Source of the DNA: a virus
IMG/VR virus record: IMGVR_UViG_3300023184_000029
Coordinates: 122,543 to 186,542 of that record
Direction: 5' to 3' (one strand)
Length of the DNA stretch: 64,000 nt
Of the stretch, positions 55,801-64,000 are shown one piece after another. Position numbers and translations under genes: made by a program. The notes under the pieces are model-generated. The model was given only the letters and a program-made list of their open reading frames with translations, was not told the DNA's origin and did no database searches. The stretch's first letter is position 1, and each line of letters opens with the position of its first letter.

Positions 55801-57673
55801 TGTAATTCTCCGTTCTTAATGTTTCTGATATACTCATTACCTTGTCGAGCATTGCTACTCCTAGGATATCAAATTTAATTACCCCTAAAGCTTCTAAGTC
55901 TTGCATTTCGAGTCCTGCTATTTTTTGGTGATTTCTAGCATCATATACCATAGGACAAACTTTTGATAAGTCTTCTAAGCTTATAACCACACCAGCAGCA
56001 TGTTTAGACTGATTAGATTTGGTTCCTTCTAAACGTATAGCCTGCTCGAATCTTTTAGCGAGAGGCCCAGACAAAGAGCCATCTTCATTAAGATAGCACC
56101 ACTCTTTGAGTTTGTCAACACTATTTTCTAACGCCCATCGTATAATACTGGCTTCTCCGGTATCTTCTTTCATTTCCTGTAGTTCATCGGCTATTTTAGC
56201 TTCATCAGGAATATTTTTGGTAATTCTATTCATTTCTTCAAAACTTATATTATCATATACCCTTAAAACTTCTTTTAAAGCTCCCCTACCCTTCATAGTA
56301 TTATATGTTATCATTTGAGAAACATTATTTAAGCCGTATTTATTTTTTATATACTCTATAATTTGTTCTCTTTTATTAATAGGTACGTCCACATCAATAT
56401 CTGGCATGGAAATTCGGTCTTTTGTATTTCTACCAGAATTGTAGAATCTTTCGAAAATTAAATTGTACTTGATAGGGTCTATGGATGTTATACCAATTAA
56501 AAAAGAGACCAGAGAACCAGCAGCAGAGCCTCTGCCTGGACCGGGTAGCCAACCCTCCTCCCTGACTTTGTTGACAATATCTTGTACAATTAGAAAATAA
56601 CTGGATAATCCAGCTCCTTGTAGAACCTCTAGTTCGTATTTTACCCTATCTACATATACTGGCTGATCTTCAATACTTATATTGTTTATAATTTTTTGTT
56701 TCCATCCTACGCGACATAGTTCTCTAAGATACTCATCAGGAGACAGATTATTTGGACAATCGAATACTGGTAGTGTTGGTTTATTAAGAATACTATATTC
56801 CTCACACATACTATCTATAAGTAGAGTATTTTCTATTTCCTCTTGAGTATGTAATTCGGCCATTCTATCCGGGCTAATTATATAGTAATTGTCTGATTTA
56901 AAAAAACACTCCATAGCAATACTTTCATTATTAAGTATTTTTTTGTTGATATTTACGAGTGTAGTTTTAAGGTTGTTACACAATAAGATTCTTTGATCAA
57001 CAGCATCCTCCTGTTTTGCATAATGGGCGTCTGGGGTGCATATAATTTTGGTATTTGTTTTTTTACCAAGATTTCTTATGATGTCTGTTATTTCAATTTG
57101 CTTATGATTATATTCCATATCCATAAGTTGTGCTTCTAAGAAAAAATTGTCATCGCCAAAAATTTCTTTCATTTCTGCGATAAAGTCTATAGACTTATTT
57201 AAATAGTCATTTGGATTCTCTTCTATAAGATCAGATAAACAAGACCCTAAGTGTCCACAAAAACCAATTATGTTTTTATTATTGCTTATCAGATTTTTTA
57301 ATTTCTTAAAGTCTAGTCTTGGCTTATGGTAAAAATTTTCTGAATTATTAGATTCTGAAACTATATTGATTAGATTTTTCCAACCATCAAGATTTTTGGC
57401 TAATACTATAAAATGACTAAGGTTGCTATTTTCTTTTGTTTTGATATGACTATCCTGATTGCATATATATAGCTCACAACCTATTATCGGTTTAATATTA
57501 TTCTTGACCATTTCCTGATAAAATTGAACAGATCCCGATATGGTTCCGTGGTCAGTAATAGCGCAGCTTCTTACGCCTATCTCTTGACACCTAGCAGCTA
57601 TTTGAGAAGGCTTAGACAACCCATCCAATAGAGAGAAATGAGAATGACAATGTAATACAGAATAATTCTTCAT
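55793..57673 (-). CDS. dnaE: DNA polymerase III alpha, N-terminal half (PHP plus catalytic palm)
   Basis: LHCHSHFSLLDG, TDHG, TPDAHY, GPGRGSAAGSLV, SMPDIDVD, HAAGVVI, IKFDILG. Confidence 0.94.
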   Translation of the reverse strand: MKNYSVLHCHSHFSLLDGLSKPSQIAARCQEIGVRSCAITDHGTISGSVQFYQEMVKNNIKPIIGCELYICNQDSHIKTKENSNLSHFIVLAKNLDGWKNLINIVSESNNSENFYHKPRLDFKKLKNLISNNKNIIGFCGHLGSCLSDLIEENPNDYLNKSIDFIAEMKEIFGDDNFFLEAQLMDMEYNHKQIEITDIIRNLGKKTNTKIICTPDAHYAKQEDAVDQRILLCNNLKTTLVNINKKILNNESIAMECFFKSDNYYIISPDRMAELHTQEEIENTLLIDSMCEEYSILNKPTLPVFDCPNNLSPDEYLRELCRVGWKQKIINNISIEDQPVYVDRVKYELEVLQGAGLSSYFLIVQDIVNKVREEGWLPGPGRGSAAGSLVSFLIGITSIDPIKYNLIFERFYNSGRNTKDRISMPDIDVDVPINKREQIIEYIKNKYGLNNVSQMITYNTMKGRGALKEVLRVYDNISFEEMNRITKNIPDEAKIADELQEMKEDTGEASIIRWALENSVDKLKEWCYLNEDGSLSGPLAKRFEQAIRLEGTKSNQSKHAAGVVISLEDLSKVCPMVYDARNHQKIAGLEMQDLEALGVIKFDILGVAMLDKVMSISETLRTENYNE

Positions 57674-58755
57674 TCTACGCTTCCTGGGGCCTTATATTTA
57701 CCAATAACATGGGAATGATGTTTGTATGTTCTTGTTACTTCATCTATACCATTAAGTTCAATGTCGTGTTTTATTTGTTCACATTTTGTCATTGTGGATC
57801 CCAAAGAACAGTTTTGATTTTCACGATATTCAATTTTAGGTTGTATACTAGTATTGTCGAACGTTGTTTTGCCGAAGTGACATAGTTTACTACACATCCA
57901 GCTTTTTGTCAATCTTGGTTTTCTGGTATTTTTCACTATTTCAAATTTTTGTCTTAACATATCTTCTGTTTTGGGAAGATCAGACTTATCAAAACAAATA
58001 CTAAAAGGTCCACCGTCATTAATAAAATATATAGTAAAAATAACATGATCTATTTCTGGGTATAGATTACTTACAGCATAATGATAAATACGAAGTTGGG
58101 GATCTTTTTCAAGTTTTTCTTGGGTCTTTTCTTCTCCAGTCGCCCAGTCTAAACGCTTTCCTGTTTTATAATCTACTATCTCTAATGTATTATCGTCTAT
58201 TTTAGTAATTAGGTCTATAGTTCCTTTGATGGCTAAATAACCCTCTAGCTTAGTGTTATCTTCCATATCATAAGAATATGCTGCCCAAGGTTTTTTTATA
58301 GTAATATCAAAATGTTGCTCTGGTTGCAATATCTCACAATTTCTGGGATCAAACATACCATTATTGAATGTTAATGCTTTATAAACCCAGGTATGACAAT
58401 CTTTGTAGTCTTTAGTAGACCATTTATGATGACTATTGGCTGTTGAATAGTGCTTATATACTTTTTCAATAATACTATCTAGACTATATGTATGAGTATT
58501 TAATTTTCCTAAGATATCGTCTTCTATAAATTGTTGATTATCCTGTAAGCCTTGTTTCAGTACTGCTAAAATTTCTAAAACTTTATGGCAAATAGTTCCT
58601 TTGTCAGCTTTTTGTCCGCTTGGACCTCGCCATCCAAGAACATATTCTGCAAAAAATTGTTGCTCACACATGCTATGGGTATTATAGCTAGAACTTCTAA
58701 AATATGTAATTATAATATGATCACCTCTTTTAAAATATTTTGTATATCTATGCAC
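57670..58755 (-). CDS. Cas4/RecB-like PD-(D/E)xK exonuclease
   Basis: C..Q.F..Y.LG, GTICHKVLE, KGTIDL...IVDYKTG, QLRIY and C-terminal Cys residues. The real start may be near 58713. Confidence 0.85.
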   Translation of the reverse strand: MHRYTKYFKRGDHIIITYFRSSSYNTHSMCEQQFFAEYVLGWRGPSGQKADKGTICHKVLEILAVLKQGLQDNQQFIEDDILGKLNTHTYSLDSIIEKVYKHYSTANSHHKWSTKDYKDCHTWVYKALTFNNGMFDPRNCEILQPEQHFDITIKKPWAAYSYDMEDNTKLEGYLAIKGTIDLITKIDDNTLEIVDYKTGKRLDWATGEEKTQEKLEKDPQLRIYHYAVSNLYPEIDHVIFTIYFINDGGPFSICFDKSDLPKTEDMLRQKFEIVKNTRKPRLTKSWMCSKLCHFGKTTFDNTSIQPKIEYRENQNCSLGSTMTKCEQIKHDIELNGIDEVTRTYKHHSHVIGKYKAPGSVE

Positions 58756-59438
58756 TGATCATATATACTCATTTCTTCATTATGTATTATATAATCAAAA
58801 TTTGACCAATCATAATTATCTTGGTCTAATATTTTTTCACTTATATGGTTAGAATTATATAGATCTCTTGTAAGTCTAATAATTTTACCCCCTTTGTTTT
58901 TTATAGAGTCTACTTCATTAGGAAATCTACAGTCTGTGATGATAGCTATTTTGGGTTTATCTTCTTGAATCTGATTTAGAGTAGCATCTACCCAAACATT
59001 GGGTTTCATTTTTCTAAAAAGATCCGTACCTACATATTGCATTACATCACGAGCATTCATTGGTTTTAATACAAACGGATCCAAAACATCTGTCATAGTA
59101 TTTTTGTCTTCATCAGAACCATAACATTGCTCATAAGTTAAACCTAGTAATTTTATACAAATCTCTTTCTTTAGAATATCTGCAAAACTATATAGTTTAA
59201 TTAAAGGATTCAGTTTATCTAGTACTTTCTGTATGATATAATCATTCTTATGCAGGCTTTGGGTGTCAAAGATACCTTCATAATTTTTATCCCCCAAAAG
59301 ATCAGATACTACTATTCTTCCTTGATCATCTATATCAATAGATTGCGATATATCTGTATTAGCCATAACAAGAGATAAAATAAAATTACCAGATGTGGTT
59401 TTACCTGATTGTTTTTTCCCCGAGATACCTATAATCAT
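58710..59438 (-). CDS. Deoxynucleoside monophosphate kinase
   Basis: IIGISGKKQSGKTT, SFADILK, RDVMQYVGTD..R, ITDCRFPNE. Confidence 0.88.
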   Translation of the reverse strand: MIIGISGKKQSGKTTSGNFILSLVMANTDISQSIDIDDQGRIVVSDLLGDKNYEGIFDTQSLHKNDYIIQKVLDKLNPLIKLYSFADILKKEICIKLLGLTYEQCYGSDEDKNTMTDVLDPFVLKPMNARDVMQYVGTDLFRKMKPNVWVDATLNQIQEDKPKIAIITDCRFPNEVDSIKNKGGKIIRLTRDLYNSNHISEKILDQDNYDWSNFDYIIHNEEMSIYDQCIDIQNILKEVIIL

Positions 59439-60604
59439 TTGTGGGCCTTTTCTATAAGTTTCACAATATCTTGTTGAATTTGGTCTACTGTCATAGAACC
59501 TATATCCGGATATTCTATTTGAATTTCTTTGATGTTGTAGGTTTTTTCACATTTTTTTATAATCTGTTTGGAAGCTTTGCGGCCAGCGTCGTCATTATCC
59601 ATAATTGTAATTATAGTCATAGCTCCTGATATGTCTAACAGCATTTTTTGTCTATCTCCCAATGAAGACCCAAACATAGCTAATGAATTATGTATTCCGG
59701 CTTCTTCTAGTCTCCATACATTACCCGGACTTTCTACTAGAACAACGGTTTTGGTTTTTTCTATATGTTTTTTAGCATACCAAAAATTGTATAAATATTC
59801 TTGGGTTTTAAATCCTGTGCTGTGTCTCCATTTAGAAAATAACCAAGCCTTATCTTTGTCTGGACAACCGGCTTGGTCATCATGATAGTATCCACACTGA
59901 TTACACTTTTCATATATGCTACGACCGGTACATCCTACCATGTATTTATACTCGTTATCATAAACAGGCACCACCGCCCTGTCGCTCATTTCTTTACCAG
60001 ACTTACTACATTCTCCAACATCATATTTTAATAAAATCTCTTTACTATAACCTCTATCTAAAAAATATTTAGATGGTATATTAAGATTGTTTTTAATAAT
60101 ATTCTTATCAATTATAGCTATATTGTCTTGGTTGTTTGTGTTAATATATTTAACAGTATTAACAAAAGATATTTTTTCTCTAGTTTTTTGAGATATTTTT
60201 ATACTAGATGGTTCTTGATTTAGAAATTCTTTAATAAATTCTAAGGCTTGAGAAAATGAGCAAGTAGGATCTCCTGCTTTAGACCAATTATGTTGATTAT
60301 GTGATAAGCAGCCTCTTATAAAACCTATAATAGAAGACTTAAAAGTTTCTTCGCACTGATGTGTTCTGCATTTCCAGTTACCTCTATACGAATCTCCTTG
60401 ATGATATAGGTTGAGTGCGGATTCATTGTCTCCTCCGTGTATAGGACAGCTCATAGTTACCATTTTATCAAAATTTCTATATTCAGAGATACCCAAAGTC
60501 TCTAATACTTCTTGTATATTATCACACAGCTTATCTGATATGATCTTAAGCTGTAGCTGATCATACGAAGGGGATTTCTTTTTCATCTGTAGAGCTGTTT
60601 TCAT
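59435..60604 (-). CDS. DnaG-like DNA primase (Zn finger plus Toprim)
   Basis: CPIHGGDN...WKCRTHQC; Toprim VVLVES...MFGSSL...MDNDDAG. Confidence 0.88.
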   Translation of the reverse strand: MKTALQMKKKSPSYDQLQLKIISDKLCDNIQEVLETLGISEYRNFDKMVTMSCPIHGGDNESALNLYHQGDSYRGNWKCRTHQCEETFKSSIIGFIRGCLSHNQHNWSKAGDPTCSFSQALEFIKEFLNQEPSSIKISQKTREKISFVNTVKYINTNNQDNIAIIDKNIIKNNLNIPSKYFLDRGYSKEILLKYDVGECSKSGKEMSDRAVVPVYDNEYKYMVGCTGRSIYEKCNQCGYYHDDQAGCPDKDKAWLFSKWRHSTGFKTQEYLYNFWYAKKHIEKTKTVVLVESPGNVWRLEEAGIHNSLAMFGSSLGDRQKMLLDISGAMTIITIMDNDDAGRKASKQIIKKCEKTYNIKEIQIEYPDIGSMTVDQIQQDIVKLIEKAHK

Positions 60605-62033
60605 TTATTATAAATCCATTCTTATTATTATCAAAATTATTCATGGTTTCCAACTTTGTTCTACCCTCAGTAATTTTTGCACACCAACCTTTCATAGAAC
60701 AGTTAATATAATCATTATCGTCTAATCCTCCTCCGTGTCTACTAATCAGAGGAATAAGTTTTCTATTGCCAGATTTTCCTCCATCCTCAGCTATTTCTTC
60801 ATCAGATTTTCTTTTGAATATAGAAAAATTACTACATAGCCATATGATTCTATCTGAACCACTAGCTGAATCTGTGCTTTCTTTTGTTATGCCGTCTCTA
60901 TTGAGCTGAATAAACGCCATAATAGGAACTTTATACTTAACAGCAAAATTATGCAAGGCTGTCATCATAAAGCCTAATACTTGATATTCTTTCATGTCCT
61001 GAGACATACCTGCGGAATCCATTAGCTTTAAATAGTCATAAAATATAACACAGTCTTTTGCTGTCCCATCATCGTTTAGTCCTACTTCTTTTACAAGCCA
61101 TCTACGCATAATGGATAACTGTTCATCAAATGGTTTGCCAGCTATTACTTTATGGTATAGAGGAGTGTTTTTTAGTTCTTGAGCCATTTCTTCTATTTTT
61201 TTTGTATGTATAGGAGACTCTGTAAATTTGCCAGTTTCTATAGACGATAGTTCTATTTCTGTGCTCATAGCTAAAAGTCTATGAATATGATCTTCTTTTG
61301 TCATTTCGGTATCCATATTCAATACTGGAATTTTTAGTTTATTCGCTATATAAAAACCCATATTATCCGATAATAATGTTTTACCTACTTTGGGTCTTGC
61401 TCCTATTACATTAACTGTTCCTTTTCTCAGACCTCCTCCGATTGCTTGATCATATACAGGAAAACCCGTAGATATCCCAACCTGATCAATTTTATTTTTG
61501 GATAAAAAATCTACATATTCTTCTATATTATTTCCTATAGCAGATGGAGCATTATCATTATCGTTGTTTAATGATGATGCAAAACCGAATACGGCATCTT
61601 CTGCAACTCCCAGAATAGAAGATATAGATTCTGATCCATTAACATCTAACAGTTTTTCCTGAGTTTTTTCTAGTTCTTTGTATAAGGATCTTGCTATTTC
61701 TAGTTTTTTGATTTTAACTGCAAATTTTCTTATATTTTCAATATTTACAGGAAAATCTTTTACCGCCTTTAGATGTTGTGCCTCTTCCTTTTTGTTTAGA
61801 ACTTGATCCAAACTAAGTTCCTGTGCAGCAGAATATATTGAGGCTATATCTATAGCATTTTTGGGTTGATTCTTTTCACATATATGTTTTAAACACTTAT
61901 ATATGATTTGATTACTGTCTATAGTAAAAACAGAGTCTTGGATAAGATCACTAATATCCAGAAAAGCTTGGTCCCCGTATTGTATAATACCACTAAGAAC
62001 GGCTCTTTCTGCCGAAGGATCACATAAAATCAT
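60561..62033 (-). CDS. dnaB: DnaB-like replicative helicase
   Basis: AERAVLSGI; GISTGF...GGGLRKG...GARPKVGKT; DTEM; FYDYLKLM; QLNRDG. Confidence 0.93.
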   Translation of the reverse strand: MILCDPSAERAVLSGIIQYGDQAFLDISDLIQDSVFTIDSNQIIYKCLKHICEKNQPKNAIDIASIYSAAQELSLDQVLNKKEEAQHLKAVKDFPVNIENIRKFAVKIKKLEIARSLYKELEKTQEKLLDVNGSESISSILGVAEDAVFGFASSLNNDNDNAPSAIGNNIEEYVDFLSKNKIDQVGISTGFPVYDQAIGGGLRKGTVNVIGARPKVGKTLLSDNMGFYIANKLKIPVLNMDTEMTKEDHIHRLLAMSTEIELSSIETGKFTESPIHTKKIEEMAQELKNTPLYHKVIAGKPFDEQLSIMRRWLVKEVGLNDDGTAKDCVIFYDYLKLMDSAGMSQDMKEYQVLGFMMTALHNFAVKYKVPIMAFIQLNRDGITKESTDSASGSDRIIWLCSNFSIFKRKSDEEIAEDGGKSGNRKLIPLISRHGGGLDDNDYINCSMKGWCAKITEGRTKLETMNNFDNNKNGFIINENSSTDEKEIPFV

Positions 62034-62036
62034 TTT

Positions 62037-62426
62037 TCACCCTGGGGATGTAGAACAGTTATTACACTTATATCTTTTTGGGGACTCTCCCGCAAGGCCG
62101 GGACTTATAGTCTCTTTTCTTCCACACACACGACAAACAACCTCAATAGTAGAGAACTGACGGGTTCTACTAACAGGAGGATGCTTATTAAGCATTTTAT
62201 CTATTCTAGAATCTTCTTTAAACATATCTTTTTCTGGCATGTTTAAAAACTTATTTTTTTCTGAATTTTGCTTATGAAATTGTCTGGAGCTTTTTGTTCT
62301 TATGGGACTTACAAATTCTTCAGGTTCTTCTGTTTCTTCAGAATTATTTTTTGGTAAAAGTGTTTGTAGCAAGCTTATTAATTGTTTGATCTGTTCTGGA
62401 TTATTTGATAGCTCATTGAGATCCAT
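62037..62426 (-). CDS. Hypothetical protein with C-terminal zinc ribbon
   Basis: CRVCG...YKCNNC. Confidence 0.7.
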   Translation of the reverse strand: MDLNELSNNPEQIKQLISLLQTLLPKNNSEETEEPEEFVSPIRTKSSRQFHKQNSEKNKFLNMPEKDMFKEDSRIDKMLNKHPPVSRTRQFSTIEVVCRVCGRKETISPGLAGESPKRYKCNNCSTSPG

Positions 62427-62898
62427 GTTTCACCTTTGTTTTCTGAATAGATAACATAATATCCGATAAATGTTTTATACTATTAGCCAAATATTGAAGT
62501 CTATCGCTTCTTTGTTTAGCATATTTTTTAATTTTATTTAATGCTGTGGCTTTTTCATTATTTTTTATAGCTTGTAAAGATTTTTCAATATAACCATATC
62601 CTTTATAGTTATTAATTTCTTCGGCAATAGTTTCTTTGATCGTTTCCTCTGCCCAATTAACTCTTGATAGCTCTCTATTAAGAGATCTTTGCATATGAAA
62701 AGCAAACTGACCCAATCTATAAGCTATTTCTCCACATACTTCTGGTGTTGTTTTCTCTAGTTCATCTCGACTCATTTGAAAATACCCATTTAATTCTGTT
62801 TCAGAGAAAATATCGGATTTGTATGCTCCCAATCCGAGTCCTTGTTCGTACTCATCAAGAACACGATCCCACTCATTTACTTGTTCTTTAGTGTTCAT
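62413..62898 (-). CDS. Hypothetical helical/coiled-coil protein
   Basis: 161 aa, overlapping its neighbours, predominantly helical composition. Confidence 0.7.
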   Translation of the reverse strand: MNTKEQVNEWDRVLDEYEQGLGLGAYKSDIFSETELNGYFQMSRDELEKTTPEVCGEIAYRLGQFAFHMQRSLNRELSRVNWAEETIKETIAEEINNYKGYGYIEKSLQAIKNNEKATALNKIKKYAKQRSDRLQYLANSIKHLSDIMLSIQKTKVKHGSQ

Positions 62899-63295
62899 TT
62901 TTAATACTTATTTCCCATTGGCTTAATTTATCAAAGGGTAATTCTATATACTCGATACCATTTATTTCGCACCATTCTTTTTTTTCTTGATCTCTTTTTT
63001 TGTGTTTTATAAAACCGAGTGGAGTATTATGAAAAAATCTACTGAATTTATAATGTTGCTCCCCATGAACCTCTATGCATTTTTTAATAAGCGGTAAATA
63101 AAAGTCTAAATAAAGAGTTTCTGATCTTCTTATATTGACGGGAACTTCTTCCAATACTTGTAATGTAGGAAAACAAACATGGATTAAATCTCTGGCCTGT
63201 AAATGTAAGCTAGATTTATTTTGAATAGACCCATGTGATATATTACCAATTAATTGCCAATTATAAGAATTACCATCCAGATCTTTTACTTGCAT
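62888..63295 (-). CDS. Vsr/DUF559-like PD-(D/E)xK endonuclease
   Basis: LYLDFYLP...IEVHGEQHY...RDQEKKEWCEINGIEYIEL. Confidence 0.78.
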   Translation of the reverse strand: MQVKDLDGNSYNWQLIGNISHGSIQNKSSLHLQARDLIHVCFPTLQVLEEVPVNIRRSETLYLDFYLPLIKKCIEVHGEQHYKFSRFFHNTPLGFIKHKKRDQEKKEWCEINGIEYIELPFDKLSQWEISIKNEH

Positions 63296-64000
63296 TTGAT
63301 ACCCATAATATCCTTAACTTTTGTCCATAAATCGTCATAAACTTCTGGATGATCAACTAAATACTGTCTTGTTTTCTCAAGACCCTGGAATTTTGGCTTG
63401 TCCTCCACAGATGACATAGTATACCATGCACCCCCCTTAGATACAAGACCCAAATCTACAGCCAGTGTCAATAGTTCCATCTGTTTATCAATACCTTGTC
63501 CATATCTAATATAGCTTGTAATTTTACCACCAGGAGCACCTAGAGCAGAACACATTACTTGCCAGTGTACTTCTTGTCCAATCTGTGGACTGTCTGTACT
63601 TAAATTCCAAGGACTAAAATAGTTAGCTTTGATTTTAATATCTGTTTGATAAGCAATAGCCTGACCACTCTTTTCTTTCCACTCACTATGGCCCATTCCT
63701 GGATTACCCATTTGATGAGTAATACCTATAACCACATTCCTATTAACAGGAATAACGTTAGACACTTTTCTGCAAAACTTAGCCAATAGCTTGGCTCCGT
63801 CTGCTCTTTGCATCTTATCCATATCGCTAGTAATTTCAGCTTCTGTGCATAGGGCAGAGTAGGAGTCGATAATGACTACTGATCCTGGGATTTCATTAAT
63901 AATCCTTTCACCAATTTGTAAATACTCTTCTGCGTGTAAAATTTTACCTTCTTGAGATCCAATAATATTGAATTTTTCACGCAGAAGAGTATTTACAAAT
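63286..64000 (-). CDS. recA: RecA/UvsX-like recombinase, truncated by the window end
   Basis: The frame is open to the window end and reads ...HAEEYLQIGERIINEIPGSVVIIDSYSAL (Walker B), VIGITHQM, SGQAIAYQTDIKI, YGQGIDK, GLVSKGGAWY. Confidence 0.88.
   Translation of the reverse strand, partial: FVNTLLREKFNIIGSQEGKILHAEEYLQIGERIINEIPGSVVIIDSYSALCTEAEITSDMDKMQRADGAKLLAKFCRKVSNVIPVNRNVVIGITHQMGNPGMGHSEWKEKSGQAIAYQTDIKIKANYFSPWNLSTDSPQIGQEVHWQVMCSALGAPGGKITSYIRYGQGIDKQMELLTLAVDLGLVSKGGAWYTMSSVEDKPKFQGLEKTRQYLVDHPEVYDDLWTKVKDIMGIKCK

Larger units (their letters stand above)
1..64000. other. Segment of a large tailed bacteriophage genome (tail module plus replication module)
   Basis: TMP followed by giant tail-like genes, then phage-type DnaE/DnaB/primase/RecA/SSB/dNMP kinase. 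Genes abut or overlap, and there are no host housekeeping operons. Confidence 0.93.

Noticed and set aside
53315-57673. Split intein or group I intron explaining the DnaE split
   Set aside because: No intein terminal motifs. The intervening DNA is completely filled by two coupled ORFs, with no room for an intron core.
57670-58755. CRISPR-Cas locus suggested by the Cas4-like gene
   Set aside because: No repeat-spacer array or other cas genes. Stand-alone Cas4/RecB-like nucleases are common in phage replication modules.
45206-59885. Short + strand ORFs inside the minus-strand arm (e.g. 52899..53240, 54648..54932, 59568..59885)
   Set aside because: Antisense shadows of well-supported genes.
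1-64000. Stop-codon reassignment as seen in some jumbo phages
   Set aside because: Standard-code ORFs tile the window almost without gaps, and TGA and TAG both act as stops (e.g. 755, 20113, 29001).
1-64000. tRNA or rRNA genes
   Set aside because: The intergenic gaps are all under about 110 nt and none shows cloverleaf or T-loop signatures.

Overview
This is an AT-rich, gene-dense segment of a large tailed-phage genome, probably jumbo-sized, read in the standard genetic code. It has two convergent arms that meet back-to-back at 44402/44403. The + arm (1-44402) is a virion/tail module: three candidate tail-assembly genes, a 4369-aa tape measure protein (TMP), and very large tail/fibre/baseplate proteins with fn3, BspA-type LRR, Asp-box propeller, PKD-like, P-domain-like and FGE-sulfatase (C-type lectin fold) domains plus Pro/Thr linkers. 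The - arm (44403-64000) carries replication/recombination genes (RecA-like, DnaB, DnaG-like primase, dNMP kinase, Cas4/RecB-like nuclease, a DnaE split into two genes around a DEDDh exonuclease, SSB, Rad52-like annealase) and an eight-gene glycosyltransferase-like cluster in which most members look catalytically degenerate. The most striking candidate system is the TMP, which looks like a polyprotein: 'GG' spacer repeats delimit cargo domains, including a P-loop plus NMNAT/NadD-like nucleotidyltransferase and two paralogous PD-(D/E)xK-like domains, which would be delivered into the host on infection. Two tail proteins also carry a circularly permuted FGE/CLec domain. I saw no tRNA, rRNA, CRISPR array or reverse transcriptase. 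All domain calls are from motif recognition by eye; no searches were run.
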